A DNA stretch of 64,000 bases from Ascoidea asiatica JCM 7603 (taxonomy: Eukaryota; Fungi; Ascomycota): positions 1,618,526-1,682,525 of the forward strand of contig BCKQ01000003.1 of NCBI GenBank assembly GCA_001600695.1, written 5' to 3'. The notes beneath the pieces are model-generated. The model was not told the DNA's origin, ran no database searches, and saw only the letters and a program-made list of their open reading frames with translations. This document shows, one piece after another, positions 13,151-25,135 of this stretch. Within the stretch, counting starts at the first letter, position 1; each line of letters starts with the position of its first letter. Both the position numbers and the translations under genes were made by a program.

Positions 13151-14712
13151 ACTTTTTTATTCTAATTTTTTTTATCTAGTATTTTTAACTTTTTTGGGTA
13201 GTATTTTAGTTTAATTTTATTTTTGAGTTTTCTGTTTTTATTAATAAGATTGTTTATTGGTTTTTAAAAATCAATTTCTTATCTTTGTAATAATATTAGT
13301 AGCGATAAGCTCATAAGAAAAGTACTTTAGATTAGCAGCCAATAAAAAAAACCCAAGGCACTCTTATCAAGACTGTTGTTGGTAACTCAGACAAGTGAAC
13401 CATCTTTTCCTGCCAGTCTTGCCTTGTGCCAAAAGAAGCTTGAGAGAACCCTTTAATCTTGAAAGAAACTCCAGAAGAAGTTTAATTTCTACTGCTCTGT
13501 TCTGCAACTTGTAAATACCGTAGAAAATGTAACATCCGCGGCCCGCCACAAAATTCCAAAGCGGAAAAGATTTTCTCCATCCCCGGTTGTTTCCACGTTC
13601 GACTCTCATTTAGGGCAATCGTGAAATGTTTTTTTTTGTTTTATTTGTATTTTTAATCCCTTCACTTGCTTACATTGCTTCTAGAACAGCTTTTTGATTT
13701 GTCTGCTTCGTTTGATTCGTTTGCTTTTTCTGTCCCAATTCCTTCGGAAAAACTTGTTCTGTCACGCGACCAAGGCTTGTATGCGCAACTCAGCGCCAAT
13801 CTGCGCTGCTCTTCCTTTAGAGCCATGCGCTGCTAAAATTGCTTAACTTTCACAAACTTCCAAATAATTGTTCCGATGATCGACTTTTCCTAAACTTTAT
13901 TGCTCGATTCTTTTGTGTTATGCTCTCATTTATCTTTGCTTCCAGTTTCCCAAAGGAATATTGGGTTACATTTATTCAAATATATTCAATTTTTTGCTTT
14001 GCTATTAAATCGAACTTAATACCCAAGCAAAGCAAATGATTGAAAATTGATAAATTTTTTTTATTTTCTAATATTTTCACCTATCTTTTTCCCTTTCTTC
14101 TCATAGATTCATCTCATGAATCTAATCTGTTTTTTTAGCTTCTCATTTTTTTATTCAAATTTCAAATGATACGTAAATGAATATAAATGATAAATTATCT
14201 TTATTACACTTAATTTCTCAAGCCGTTCATTGAATATTCACCAAATATCAATTAGAAATTCATCCTCCTTTAAATCACTTATTCTATTAAAAAGAAGAAA
14301 AAAAAACAAAATTTGTGAATTTTTTTTTCATTCAAATATCAATTTGAGAACAAAAGTTATTCTTTTATAAAAACAAATTCGCATGAATATTATAAAATCA
14401 ATTATACTTTTATAAATTTATTCATATTTTTTTTAATCATTATAATATTACCAGGTTGCAGTCTCAACTTCGAGTATAAAAGAAACCAATTATACTTTTA
14501 TTTTAAATTAAATTAATTTATTTCTCGAAAAAAGAAAGATTATTCTAAATTTTTAGAATCAGGGACCATTCTTCTTCTTTTTTGAATAACTCTTTAAACA
14601 TTCATAAATTTCACCAAATTTTTAATAATCTCTTAATTAATTAAAACTTTATTTATTTTTTCAGTTTCTTAATAAAATTTCATAATTTTTTTTGACAAAA
14701 AATATATTAAAA

Positions 14713-16575
14713 ATGAGTGAAGATAAAAAAAATTCAGATTCTGTTGGTGATTTAGCTTCCCTGAATTCAAAAGATCAGGAAAAGAAAGATGTTGTTACCA
14801 GTGTTGAAGAAGCTATTGATATAGAAAAAAATTCAAATTCAAATTCAAATTCAAATTCAAATTCAAATTCAAATTCAAGCTCTAATTCGAAGTCGAAAAT
14901 TTCAGACACAACTAATAAAATTGATAGTGCTTATAAAAAATTAGTTAAATTTATATTTCAAAGAAATATTATTTTTTTGGTAGTTGCATTATTATTTTCT
15001 GCTTGGTGGTTATCAATTGTTTCAAGAAAAAAATGGGAAAGAAAAACAAGTAAATGGCTTATTCCAACTGTTTTATATGGGTTTATTATGTTTCGTTTAA
15101 TTACCTTTTATATTCCTTTAGATCAATATGTTTTAATAATTTTAAAGAAATGCTTTTCAGTTTTATTAAAAATTAGAAATAAATGTATACCTGAAGGTTA
15201 TAGAGTTTTAAGTGGTGCTATTTTAACTATTGCTGTTATATTATTAGGTACTTTTATACCTGAAGAAACTGAATATTCAAAAAGAGAAGATAGAATGGTT
15301 TCATTTTTTGGAATTATTTTAATTTTATTAGTTTTATTTCTTACAAGTAATAATAGAAGTAAAATTAATTGGCATACTGTTATTATTGGAATGTTATTTC
15401 AATATATTATTGCTTTATTTGTTTTAAGAACTCAAGCAGGTAGTGATTTTTTTAAATTTATTTCTGATTTAGCTGTTTCTCTTTTAGGTTTTGCAAAAGA
15501 TGGTACTGCTTTTGTAACTAATACTACAACTTCTCAATTAGGAATGTTTTTCTTTACTGTATTACCAGCAATTTTATTTTTTGTTGCTTTAGTTCATATA
15601 TTTTTATATTGGAATATTATTCAATGGGCTGTTAAAAAATTCGCTACTTTTTTCTTTTGGTCTATGAAAGTTTCCGGTGCAGAAGCTATTGTTGCTGCTG
15701 CTTCTCCTTTTATTGGCCAAGGAGAATCTGCAGTTTTAATCAAAGAATTAGTTCAGTTCTTAACACCTGCTGAAATTCATCAAGTTATGTGTTCTGGTTT
15801 TGCAACAATTTCTGGATCTGTTTTAGTTTCATATATTGGTCTTGGTATTAATCCTCAAGTTTTAATTTCATCTTGTGTAATGTCAATTCCAGCATCTTTA
15901 GCTGTTTCTAAAATGAGATATCCTGAGACTCAAGTATCTATTAGCGCTGGGGAAGTTATCTTACCTCAAAAACCATCTAATTTAGATAAAGATGGAGATT
16001 CTGATGAAGATGATGAAAAGGCTCAAAATGTTTTACAAGCATATCTTGCAAAAGGTGGTACTTTAGGTTTTCAAATCGCCTGTATTGTTATGGTTAATTG
16101 TTTTCTTATTATATCATTAGTTGCATTTATAAATGCATTATTAACCTGGTTTGGAAATTATTGGGAGATTAAAGATTTAACATTAGAATTAATGTTATCA
16201 TATTTATTATATCCTTTAGCCTTTATGATTGGAACTCCAAAAAAAGAAGTTCTAAAAGTTAGTAAGATTCTTGCAGTTAAATTTATTCAAAATGAATTTA
16301 GTGCTTATACAATGCTTACTACAGATGCAGCTTATACAACATTATCTAAAAGAGCTAGTGTTATTTCTGCTTATTCAATTTGTGGATTTGCAAATCTTGG
16401 TAGTATTGGTACTAATGTTGGTGTCTTGAGTAGTTTAAGTAAAAAACAAACTCCTGTTATCTGTAGAACAGTTGTTTCCGCTATGATTACAGGAGGTCTT
16501 GCAACTTTATTAACTGCCGCAGTAGCAGGTATGGTTATTCATGATTTATCAGATTTTAGTGTCAGTAGTAATTAA
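14713..16575 (+). CDS. CNT: Concentrative nucleoside transporter (CNT/SLC28)
   Basis: AASPFIGQGES, SGFATISGSVL, KMRYPET, KFIQNEF, CGFANLGS and many TM helices. First ATG at 14713. Confidence 0.93.
   Translation: MSEDKKNSDSVGDLASLNSKDQEKKDVVTSVEEAIDIEKNSNSNSNSNSNSNSNSSSNSKSKISDTTNKIDSAYKKLVKFIFQRNIIFLVVALLFSAWWLSIVSRKKWERKTSKWLIPTVLYGFIMFRLITFYIPLDQYVLIILKKCFSVLLKIRNKCIPEGYRVLSGAILTIAVILLGTFIPEETEYSKREDRMVSFFGIILILLVLFLTSNNRSKINWHTVIIGMLFQYIIALFVLRTQAGSDFFKFISDLAVSLLGFAKDGTAFVTNTTTSQLGMFFFTVLPAILFFVALVHIFLYWNIIQWAVKKFATFFFWSMKVSGAEAIVAAASPFIGQGESAVLIKELVQFLTPAEIHQVMCSGFATISGSVLVSYIGLGINPQVLISSCVMSIPASLAVSKMRYPETQVSISAGEVILPQKPSNLDKDGDSDEDDEKAQNVLQAYLAKGGTLGFQIACIVMVNCFLIISLVAFINALLTWFGNYWEIKDLTLELMLSYLLYPLAFMIGTPKKEVLKVSKILAVKFIQNEFSAYTMLTTDAAYTTLSKRASVISAYSICGFANLGSIGTNVGVLSSLSKKQTPVICRTVVSAMITGGLATLLTAAVAGMVIHDLSDFSVSSN
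14830..14877 (+). repeat. (AATTCA)n microsatellite encoding poly-(Asn-Ser)
   Basis: About 8 tandem hexamers in the CNT N-terminus. Confidence 0.9.
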
Positions 16576-17408
16576 ATTTGATTTGGTTTATCATTTTTTG
16601 GTTTTTTTTCTTTTTTTCAACAATTTTAAATTATTATTACTCCCTTTAGTTTTCTTTAACTCTTCTTTTTTTTGTCTAAATTTTTATTTTTTAATGAAGT
16701 TTTTTTGTTATTTTTTTTAATTTGTGAAATGAGAGCTGGATACTACTTCTTTTCCCGAGAAAAGTTATATTGATTTTGATCAATTTTAGTTAATTTTTTG
16801 TGTACTATATGATTCTATATTCTATTATTTTATATTCTAATTCTTTTTGTTCTTTATATTGGTTTCTGTATTTTCTGTTAATATTATTATTATCTGTATT
16901 TCGCAATTGAAGCAGTTCCCCAATTTTGGGGATAAAACTAGCACGTGAAATTTCACTGTTAAATTATGTAATTATATGCTTCTATGACATATTTTAACAT
17001 TGAGTTACCGAATTCAAAATATATCGGCATTACTACCATACCCATGGCTTCCTAGACTCTCGCTTCTTCTCCAAGCTGAGAAGGTGGTCAAATTGACTTC
17101 CTCTGTCTTTAAAGTGAAGATTTCCATTTTTCAGACTTGATTTGAATTAACTCGATGATCCTTTCTTCTTCTTCAAGCACTCCTTGATTCAATTCTATAG
17201 AATATTTCAGTTATTTATTTCTTTATTTATCTATTCATTTTTATTTAAATATTACTCAATTATATTTTGATTCTTGTATTCATTATTCATTTTTTGATTA
17301 GTCTTATAGTACCCAAATCATTATAATTCAATTCCTTCATAAAATTCTTTTATTTCAAATCTATTATCTCAAAACATATAATTTATAATTTAAAATTCAT
17401 AATTCATA

Positions 17409-20150
17409 ATGTCATCTTCAAGTGGTTTACTTTTCTCTGCTAAAGTTAAAAATGTTCTTTCAGGTGATACTTTAATTCTCATTCCACCAAATCATAGAGG
17501 TTCATCTCCAGCTCCTGAACGTCAATTATCTTTAGCTTACTTACAAGCTCCAAGATTAAATTTAAATGAAGTTTATGCATTTCAATCGAGAGAATTATTA
17601 AGAAATTTACTTCTTAATAAAATCATCCAATTCAAAGTTATTTATACTTTACCAGCTTTAAATAATTCAAAAAGAGAATTTGGTGATGTTAAAACTCCAA
17701 TTTTCAATAGTTTAATAGAATATGTTTTGTCAAAGGGTACTGCTAAAGTCAGAGAAAATGCTGAATCTCAAGATGAGGATTATTTTTATCAATTGAAAGA
17801 AATTGAAGAAAAAGCTCAAAAGGATAAATTAGGTTTATGGGATCAAGCTAACCCTTTAGAATTATCAAGTGAACTACATTATGATGAAATTGAAAATTCA
17901 AAAATTAATCCATACGAAGCAATTGTTGAAAGAGTTATATCTGGTGATCGTCTTTTAGTAAGATTTTTATTAAGTAAAAAAAAACATTGTGTATTACCTG
18001 TTTTAATTTCTGGTATCAGAGCTCCTAGATCTGCTTCAACTTCTCAAAATAATTCTTCCGATCAACAAGCTGAAAAAGGAGAACCTTTTGGTAATGCAGC
18101 AAAATCTTTTGTTGAAATAAGATTACTCTCAAGAAATGTTAAATTGTCTGTATTAGGAGAATCTCAAAATGGAGTTCCAATTGTAAAAGTAATTCATCCA
18201 GCTGGTGATATTTCTGAAAAAATCTTAGAAGAAGGTTTAGCGGAAATTGTAGACTGGCAATCAACCTTAATTGGCTCAGCTCATATGTCAATATTAAGAG
18301 CCTGTGAAAGATCTGCTAAAGTTAATCAAAAAGGTAAATGGAAAAATACAAAAACTAAAAATACTTTATCAAATTCAACTTCAAAGACTTTAATTAAACA
18401 AGGTGCTGAATTAGAGGCCACTGTTTCAAAAATTATATCCCCAGATACATTAGTTATTAAAGTAAATGATGATCCAGAAGATAAAGAGCATACTATTCAA
18501 TTATCTTCTTTGAGAGGTCCAAGATTATCTGATTCTTCTCAAGCTAATTTTGTTCCTCTTGCAAAAGAATTTGTTAGAAAGTTATGTATCGGTAAGCATA
18601 TAACCTTACAGATCGACGGTATAAGACCAAAATCTGAAAATTTTGAAGAAAGACCTTTAGCAACAATCACTTTACCAAATGGTGATGATTTGAGTAAGAA
18701 AATTGTTAGTAATGGTTGGGCACAAGTTGTAAGACATCGTAGAGGTGATGATGATAGATCTCCAAATTGGGATGAATTAATTGAAATTGAAGCTAAAGTT
18801 ATTGAACAAAAGAAAGGAATGCATGGAAAATTACCACCTTCTGAAAGAATTGTTGATGCTTCTGAAAATGTTGGTAGAGCAAAAACATTCTTACAAACTT
18901 TACAAGGAAGGTCAAAAGTTAATGCTGTTGTTGACTATGTATCCTCTCCTAATAGATTTAGATTGATTTTGCCAAAAGAAGGTATTAAACTTGTATTAGT
19001 GTTAGGTGGATTGGCTAATACTGCTGCAAAAGATTCAGGACTTAATAAAGCTTCTTTAGATTTTGTGAATAAAAGATCCTTACAAAGAGATGTTCATATT
19101 GAAATTTATGGAGTTGATAGAATTGGATCATTTATTGGTAGTTTATTTTTACCTGGACAAAGTTTACCTTTACAAGTTTCTTTACTAGAACAAGGTTTTT
19201 ATAAAATTCATGAATATTCTGTTGATCAGTTGAAATTTTCTGATCAAATGTGGGAAGCTCAAGAAAAAGCACAATCTAATAAGCTTGGAATTTGGAAAAA
19301 CTTTACAAATCAAGAAGAGGAAGATAAAAAAGAATTAGAATCTATTACTAAAGATGTTGGGAAAGTTTCTGTTGCTAAAAAATATTATGATATTGAAATT
19401 ACAGATATATCAGATGAAGGATTAATTGGATTTCAATTTATAAATTCAGAAAGTGAAAAATTGATTGATTTCATGAAAGAATTCCATAAATTTCATAACC
19501 AACAGCCAATTAAAGCTGTAAAGGCAACAGCTCCTGGATTAACCCCAGCCTTTCCTTCTTTACTAACAAGAAGTCCAAAAAAGGGTGAATATGTTTCAGC
19601 CGAATTCTCTCAAAATAAAAAATTCTATCGTGCTAAAATTTTAAGCGTTGAAAAAGCAGTTCATAAATATAGAGTTCAACATATAGATTTTGGAAACACT
19701 GATTTAGTTCCACTTTCATCATTGAGACAATTACCTCCACAATTTTCTTTAGCAAAATTACCAGCACAAGGTCATGTTTCATCATTATCATTGATTAAAC
19801 TTCCACCATCCAGTCCAACAGATTATTTAGGGGAAGCTATTGAATTCATGGAAGACTTAATAGCAGGTAAAACTTTAATTGCATCTGAAAATAAAAGTAA
19901 TCCAGAACCTGGAATTGAAATGTCTGTTACATTATATGATCCTGAAAAAATTGAAAAAGATGTAAGCTATTCAATAAATAAAGAACTTGTTGAGAATGGT
20001 TGGGGTATTGTTAATAAAAAATTAAAAGGATATGAATTATCAATGAAAGATCAATGGGCTGAATTAATTAAATTAGAAAACCAAGCTAAAACTAATAGAA
20101 AAGGATGCTGGGAATTCGGTGATATTGAACAAGACGATGATCAATTTTAG
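17409..20150 (+). CDS. SND1: Tudor-SN / staphylococcal nuclease domain protein
   Basis: Repeated SNase modules (VKNVLSGDTL, VERVISGDRL, VSKIISPDTL, AQxxKLGIW), Tudor domain (FYRAKI...IDFGN), C-terminal GCWEFGD. Confidence 0.93.
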   Translation: MSSSSGLLFSAKVKNVLSGDTLILIPPNHRGSSPAPERQLSLAYLQAPRLNLNEVYAFQSRELLRNLLLNKIIQFKVIYTLPALNNSKREFGDVKTPIFNSLIEYVLSKGTAKVRENAESQDEDYFYQLKEIEEKAQKDKLGLWDQANPLELSSELHYDEIENSKINPYEAIVERVISGDRLLVRFLLSKKKHCVLPVLISGIRAPRSASTSQNNSSDQQAEKGEPFGNAAKSFVEIRLLSRNVKLSVLGESQNGVPIVKVIHPAGDISEKILEEGLAEIVDWQSTLIGSAHMSILRACERSAKVNQKGKWKNTKTKNTLSNSTSKTLIKQGAELEATVSKIISPDTLVIKVNDDPEDKEHTIQLSSLRGPRLSDSSQANFVPLAKEFVRKLCIGKHITLQIDGIRPKSENFEERPLATITLPNGDDLSKKIVSNGWAQVVRHRRGDDDRSPNWDELIEIEAKVIEQKKGMHGKLPPSERIVDASENVGRAKTFLQTLQGRSKVNAVVDYVSSPNRFRLILPKEGIKLVLVLGGLANTAAKDSGLNKASLDFVNKRSLQRDVHIEIYGVDRIGSFIGSLFLPGQSLPLQVSLLEQGFYKIHEYSVDQLKFSDQMWEAQEKAQSNKLGIWKNFTNQEEEDKKELESITKDVGKVSVAKKYYDIEITDISDEGLIGFQFINSESEKLIDFMKEFHKFHNQQPIKAVKATAPGLTPAFPSLLTRSPKKGEYVSAEFSQNKKFYRAKILSVEKAVHKYRVQHIDFGNTDLVPLSSLRQLPPQFSLAKLPAQGHVSSLSLIKLPPSSPTDYLGEAIEFMEDLIAGKTLIASENKSNPEPGIEMSVTLYDPEKIEKDVSYSINKELVENGWGIVNKKLKGYELSMKDQWAELIKLENQAKTNRKGCWEFGDIEQDDDQF

Positions 20151-20275
20151 TTGTATTTTTTCCCGCTCTTCTGTTAGAAAAAAAAAGTTTATTGTATAGA
20201 TCAATAAAATGATTCTTTAAAAGTTATTATAAGCAACCATCCAAAATATTTTATATACCGTTCAATCAAAAACGA

Positions 20276-20971
20276 TTATTTTTTCTTTTTTTGTAAAACT
20301 GGAATGTACTTTTTACTAGCTTTTTTATTTGCATCCGGCAAATTTGTCGCTGATTTAGCTCCAATTCCAAGAAACCCTGACCGGTGGGATGCTTGTTTTA
20401 TCTTTTTTATTGTAGAATTATCATCTTTTTTAACTTCTTCATTTTTGGTTTCTTTCCATCCTAAACCTCTTAATAATGCCTTTCCAAATTCTTCTACAGG
20501 CATTTTATTGTAAGCTTCAGCATCAGGGGCCTCTGGGCGAGCTTCAATATCCTTTTCCAACAAAAGCTTTTCATTAACTGTATAAGAAGAATGGGGTTGC
20601 TCTTCGTTTGAATTATTATCTTGAATGTTCAACCCAAATTTCATTTGTTCCTTTTGTTCCTCTTGAGGTTCATCGCCTTTTCCGGATTTTGAATCGACTT
20701 CTATATTTCTTAAACGATCAGTCCATTCCAGATTACTTACTGGAGAAATTATTCTTTCCTTCTTTTTGGATATTTTTTCAGTGTTATCCACTATTTTTAT
20801 CAACTCTATTTTCTCACTTTCATCCTTTACGATTTCAAAGTTACGATTAGTGGTTTTTATCTTCGGTTTTTGAATCTTATTATTTTTGTTCAAAGAAAGT
20901 TTAAATGGTTTCTGCTTTTTTGAGGATAAACCATTTTTTGATTTATTTGCCAAATTGAAAGATAATCCCAT
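20276..20971 (-). CDS. SPP2: G-patch splicing factor, Prp2 cofactor
   Basis: YNKMPVEEFGKALLRGLGW...FLGIGAK, the Spp2-type G-patch. Confidence 0.88.
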   Translation of the reverse strand: MGLSFNLANKSKNGLSSKKQKPFKLSLNKNNKIQKPKIKTTNRNFEIVKDESEKIELIKIVDNTEKISKKKERIISPVSNLEWTDRLRNIEVDSKSGKGDEPQEEQKEQMKFGLNIQDNNSNEEQPHSSYTVNEKLLLEKDIEARPEAPDAEAYNKMPVEEFGKALLRGLGWKETKNEEVKKDDNSTIKKIKQASHRSGFLGIGAKSATNLPDANKKASKKYIPVLQKKKK

Positions 20972-21292
20972 TTTTATTAATCAGAATGTTCTGAAGTTGT
21001 TTGTTTGTTTGTTTGCTGAATTATTAAAAAATCAAATCCTGTGTATTTTACTTTTGTGTATGCTTCTTTTCTTTAGAATATATTTTAATACTTGCATTTA
21101 TGAATGTTGGATGTCCGCAAATTTATTTGAAAAATATTCAATACAGAAAATAAAGCTTCTGAGAAATCAACGCTTAAAAACTTCTACTTCCTTGAAGTAA
21201 GGGCAATTATTAGCTTAAATGAAAGAAAATAAGGAAATACAAATAAAGTCATATATGCAAATATTTAGGTGAAATAATAATAGCAACTGACA

Positions 21293-22396
21293 ATGACAAC
21301 TGTTGAGAAGATAAAAGCCATCGAAGATGAAATGGCCAAGACCCAAAAAAATAAGGCTACCAACTTCCATTTGGGTCAGTTGAAAGCCAAACTTGCAAAA
21401 TTAAGAAGAGAGCTTCTTACTTTCTCTGGTGGTTCTGGAGGAGGAGCTGGAGTTGGGTTTGATGTTGCCAAAACGGGTATAGCTTCAGTGGGGTTTGTAG
21501 GTTTTCCCTCTGTAGGGAAATCAACTTTATTGAATAAATTAACCGGAACTCATTCTGAAGCAGCTGCTTATGAATTTACCACATTGACTACTGTTCCCGG
21601 GGTAATAAAATATAAAGGAGCAAAAATTCAAATGTTAGATTTACCTGGTATTATTGAAGGTGCCAAAGATGGTAGGGGTAGAGGTAAACAAGTAATTGCT
21701 GTTGCAAGAACTTGCAATCTTATATTTATTGTCTTGGATGTAGGGAAACCCTTAAAGCATAAACAAATCATTGAAAAAGAATTAGAGGGTTTTGGTATAA
21801 GAATCAATAAACAACCCCCTGATATTATAATAAAGAAGAAAGAAAGGGGAGGTATTAATATCACGAATACTGTTCCTTTAACAAGAATCGATAAGGATGA
21901 AATAAGAGCAGTTATGCAAGAATATAGATTAAATTCTGCTGATGTTGCTATTCGGTGTGATGCTTCAGTTGATGATTTGATTGATACCATAGAAAGTCAG
22001 AATAGAAAGTATATTCCAGCAATATATGTGTTAAATAAAATTGATTCATTTTCAACAGAGGAATTAGATTTAATGTACAGAATTCCAAACTGTGTTCCAA
22101 TATCTTCTGGTAATGGTTGGAACCTTGATGATTTATTAGAAATGATGTGGGATAGGTTAAATTTGGTAAGGGTTTATACCAAACCAAAAGGAAGACTTCC
22201 TGATTTTGATGAGCCTGTTGTTTTAAGATCTGATAAATCATCTATTGAAGATTTTTGTAATAATATCCACAAGAGTTTAGTTGCAGATTTTAAATCAGCT
22301 GCTGTCTTTGGGGCAAGTGTTAAGCATCAACCTCAATATGTTGGACTAAGTCATACATTGAAAGATGAAGATGTTGTAACTATCTTAAAAAAATAG
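21293..22396 (+). CDS. RBG1: DRG-family ribosome-binding GTPase
   Basis: [51 protein letters not shown] domain. Confidence 0.97.
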   Translation: MTTVEKIKAIEDEMAKTQKNKATNFHLGQLKAKLAKLRRELLTFSGGSGGGAGVGFDVAKTGIASVGFVGFPSVGKSTLLNKLTGTHSEAAAYEFTTLTTVPGVIKYKGAKIQMLDLPGIIEGAKDGRGRGKQVIAVARTCNLIFIVLDVGKPLKHKQIIEKELEGFGIRINKQPPDIIIKKKERGGINITNTVPLTRIDKDEIRAVMQEYRLNSADVAIRCDASVDDLIDTIESQNRKYIPAIYVLNKIDSFSTEELDLMYRIPNCVPISSGNGWNLDDLLEMMWDRLNLVRVYTKPKGRLPDFDEPVVLRSDKSSIEDFCNNIHKSLVADFKSAAVFGASVKHQPQYVGLSHTLKDEDVVTILKK

Positions 22397-22897
22397 ATAA
22401 TTTAATTCTACAAAAGTTTATTTGACCCTCAATAAAAAAATTTTGATTTTGTCAAATTTTTTAAAGGGAAGCAGAAGCTAGATCTCGCCTTAAAACCTTA
22501 AGAAACATGTATTATAAACTTAAAGAGCCGAAAAAAAAGACACGAAAAGAATTTTAAATAACTTATTAAACTGAAAGAGGTGAGAATGCGTAAACAAGAT
22601 ATAAAACTAGATGAGCACTTCTAATAAATAGAAAATGACTGTATATGAATACTTGAAGAGAAATAAAAAAAGTAAAAAGAAGCGTAAAATGAAAAACCAA
22701 TAAAACAAGTCGTGGAATAAATGGAAACAATATTTGATTATATTGTGTCAAGAAAAATAAAGAGTAAAAGCAAAAAATTAAATACGAAAATTAGCCAATG
22801 GTAAGTAAATAAAAAATTATAAAAAAAAAAAATGGGGACAAAAAGGCAAAAAAGAGTATGGGAATGACTTTAGCTAAAAGCTTGGCTATTAAAAAAA

Positions 22898-25135
22898 TCA
22901 TTCCAGTAGTAAAGTTTTAATTATGTTTTCTAGTTTCCATGGCTTTGTCATACAGCTAAATCTTCCAACAACCTGGCCCTTTTTATTAATCAAGAATTTT
23001 TCATAATTCCACTTTATTGCTTTGATACCCATAGTTACTTTACTACTTTTTTGATCCTTTAGCCATTTGAATAATTTTAGCTGTTTCTTCCCATTTACTT
23101 TGCATTGTTTCATGATTTTGAAGTCAACATTTAATAATTCATTAATTGATTTTGATTGATCTTGATTCTTATTATTAAATATGGTCAAATCGGATGCATT
23201 ATCGGGACTAGTAAATGAAAATTGATCAGAAGGAAAAGCTAATATTTCTAATCCCCTTGAGTTATATCTCTCGAACAAAAATTGTAACTCTCTTAGATGG
23301 CGTTGAGTGAAAGTACTGGTATATGTTATATTTGTAACTATTACAACTTTGTTTCTCAAGTCTTGAAGACTATATGGAATTTGATAATAAGTTTCAACGA
23401 CAAATTTATAAAGTCCTGATTGGTCATTTTGTACTGGATACTTTTTATCAGAAATTCTGTTTAGAGAAGTTTCTATTGTAGTTTCATTCTTTTTTTGAAT
23501 TTGAGATGGAGAATGAAGTTCTTGTAGACTAAGATTTGACGTATAAAAACCATTCTGATTATCTATTTCACCCTCTTCTTTTTTAGGAGATTCAAGTATA
23601 TCTTTACTGAAAGTTTGTGATAATCTTGGTTCGTTGTTCTCAGAAATTATAGATATTTCAGCCAGTAGTTTCAGTGAATTTAAAGAATCCCTCTTCTTTG
23701 TTATTGAATATGGATTCAAATATGGATTCAAATGACTGGATAACCTGCTGGAGTATGATTTTGAAGGCTCTAATAGTTTGAATGAAGTATTTCCATTGGA
23801 GAGCATTTCAAAACCATTGCTTGAAAGTGGACTAGTTAGGTAGTAGTTTCTATTAGTGGTTATATCTTTACTATTAGAATTAAGGCTGTTCATATTATTA
23901 ATATTGCTATTATTATTATTGTTATTATTACGAAAGAATTCTGTATTTGCTATAGGTGAATTTAAATTGGAGGTTGAATTTGAATTTAACATAGATGCTG
24001 AACTTGTAATTATTGAAGTTAGATTTCTGAGACTATGTCTTTTTTGAAATGAAGTCACAATTGGAGAGTTGGTAATTAAAGAAACTTCATTATCTTTAGA
24101 TTCTAATTCTTGTTGATTTTTGAATATTAAAGAAAGTCTTTTTTTTTTATTACTGGGTTGAGGTTTTGATTTATTAATTTGTTGTTTGTTTTGTTGTATA
24201 GTTGCTATATTTGTTAGTGAAGAATCCTTAATGATATCTTGATCAGGAGCAATTCTAACAGTAATATTAGAGTTCATATCATCAAAATTATTAAGATCAG
24301 CATTCAGATCACTATATAAATCTTCAGATAAATCATTATCTAGAAGATTATTTTCATTACTATAATCTAAATCGGTATTTAAATCATCATTGGAGGGATT
24401 ATACATATTATTTGTGTTAGAATCAATGAATTTGGTTAAATCTTTATTCAAATCTCTAATTATATTATCATTGTCTACTATTAGATTATTTTGTAAATCT
24501 TTATTCAAATCATTAATTAATAAATTTGTATCATTATTTGAGGATATAGAAGAATTATTATCATGATTAGATAAAATAGGAGAATTTGAATTATTTGTAG
24601 TTGAATTATTTGAATTTGAAAGCATTTCTAAATTAACATTTGAATTTGAAAAATTCATCCAGGGATAAAGATGATTATTCAAATCATTTTGAGAAGAAGA
24701 TTCAAAATTATTACTTAAATTTGAATTTAAATCATTACTAAAATCATTATTGAAATTATTGTTATTATTGAAATTATTACTTAAATCATTTGTTGTTTTA
24801 TTTAAAGATACAAATCTATTACTTAATCTTTTATTTTGATTTAAAGAATTCTGACCAGAGAAATTATTTGAAAATCGATTATTAATATGATTATCGGAAT
24901 AATAAATATCATTTGCAGATATTTGCCTTTTATGAGAATCAAATTGATTGAATTGATTAAGATAAGATTTTGAAGAAGAAGAAGTTAAAGAATAAAATTT
25001 ATTTCTTTCCAATTTAGCAGATTCATAATTACTTAATTTATTTAATTTATGTAATTGAGATAAGTCACTAATATTATTTTTTGAAGCTATAATTCCAAAT
25101 AGTTGTTCATTTCTCAAATCAGAAGTTGAATACAT
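22898..25135 (-). CDS. GPx-fold pseudoenzyme A: about 570-aa Asn/Ser-rich low-complexity N-terminus plus C-terminal glutathione-peroxidase-like domain lacking the catalytic Cys
   Basis: C-terminus KVVIVTNITYTSTFT...GLEILAFPSDQF...CKVNG...IKWNYEKFLINKKGQVVGRF aligns with Hyr1/Gpx (KVVLIVNVASKCGFT...FPCNQF...IKWNFEKFLVDKKG). Confidence 0.85.
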   Translation of the reverse strand: MYSTSDLRNEQLFGIIASKNNISDLSQLHKLNKLSNYESAKLERNKFYSLTSSSSKSYLNQFNQFDSHKRQISANDIYYSDNHINNRFSNNFSGQNSLNQNKRLSNRFVSLNKTTNDLSNNFNNNNNFNNDFSNDLNSNLSNNFESSSQNDLNNHLYPWMNFSNSNVNLEMLSNSNNSTTNNSNSPILSNHDNNSSISSNNDTNLLINDLNKDLQNNLIVDNDNIIRDLNKDLTKFIDSNTNNMYNPSNDDLNTDLDYSNENNLLDNDLSEDLYSDLNADLNNFDDMNSNITVRIAPDQDIIKDSSLTNIATIQQNKQQINKSKPQPSNKKKRLSLIFKNQQELESKDNEVSLITNSPIVTSFQKRHSLRNLTSIITSSASMLNSNSTSNLNSPIANTEFFRNNNNNNNSNINNMNSLNSNSKDITTNRNYYLTSPLSSNGFEMLSNGNTSFKLLEPSKSYSSRLSSHLNPYLNPYSITKKRDSLNSLKLLAEISIISENNEPRLSQTFSKDILESPKKEEGEIDNQNGFYTSNLSLQELHSPSQIQKKNETTIETSLNRISDKKYPVQNDQSGLYKFVVETYYQIPYSLQDLRNKVVIVTNITYTSTFTQRHLRELQFLFERYNSRGLEILAFPSDQFSFTSPDNASDLTIFNNKNQDQSKSINELLNVDFKIMKQCKVNGKKQLKLFKWLKDQKSSKVTMGIKAIKWNYEKFLINKKGQVVGRFSCMTKPWKLENIIKTLLLE

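Noticed and set aside
13590-13610. tRNA-like GTTCGACTC (also GGTTCGAAA near 58392)
   Set aside because: B-box-like only; no A-box, cloverleaf or acceptor stem found.
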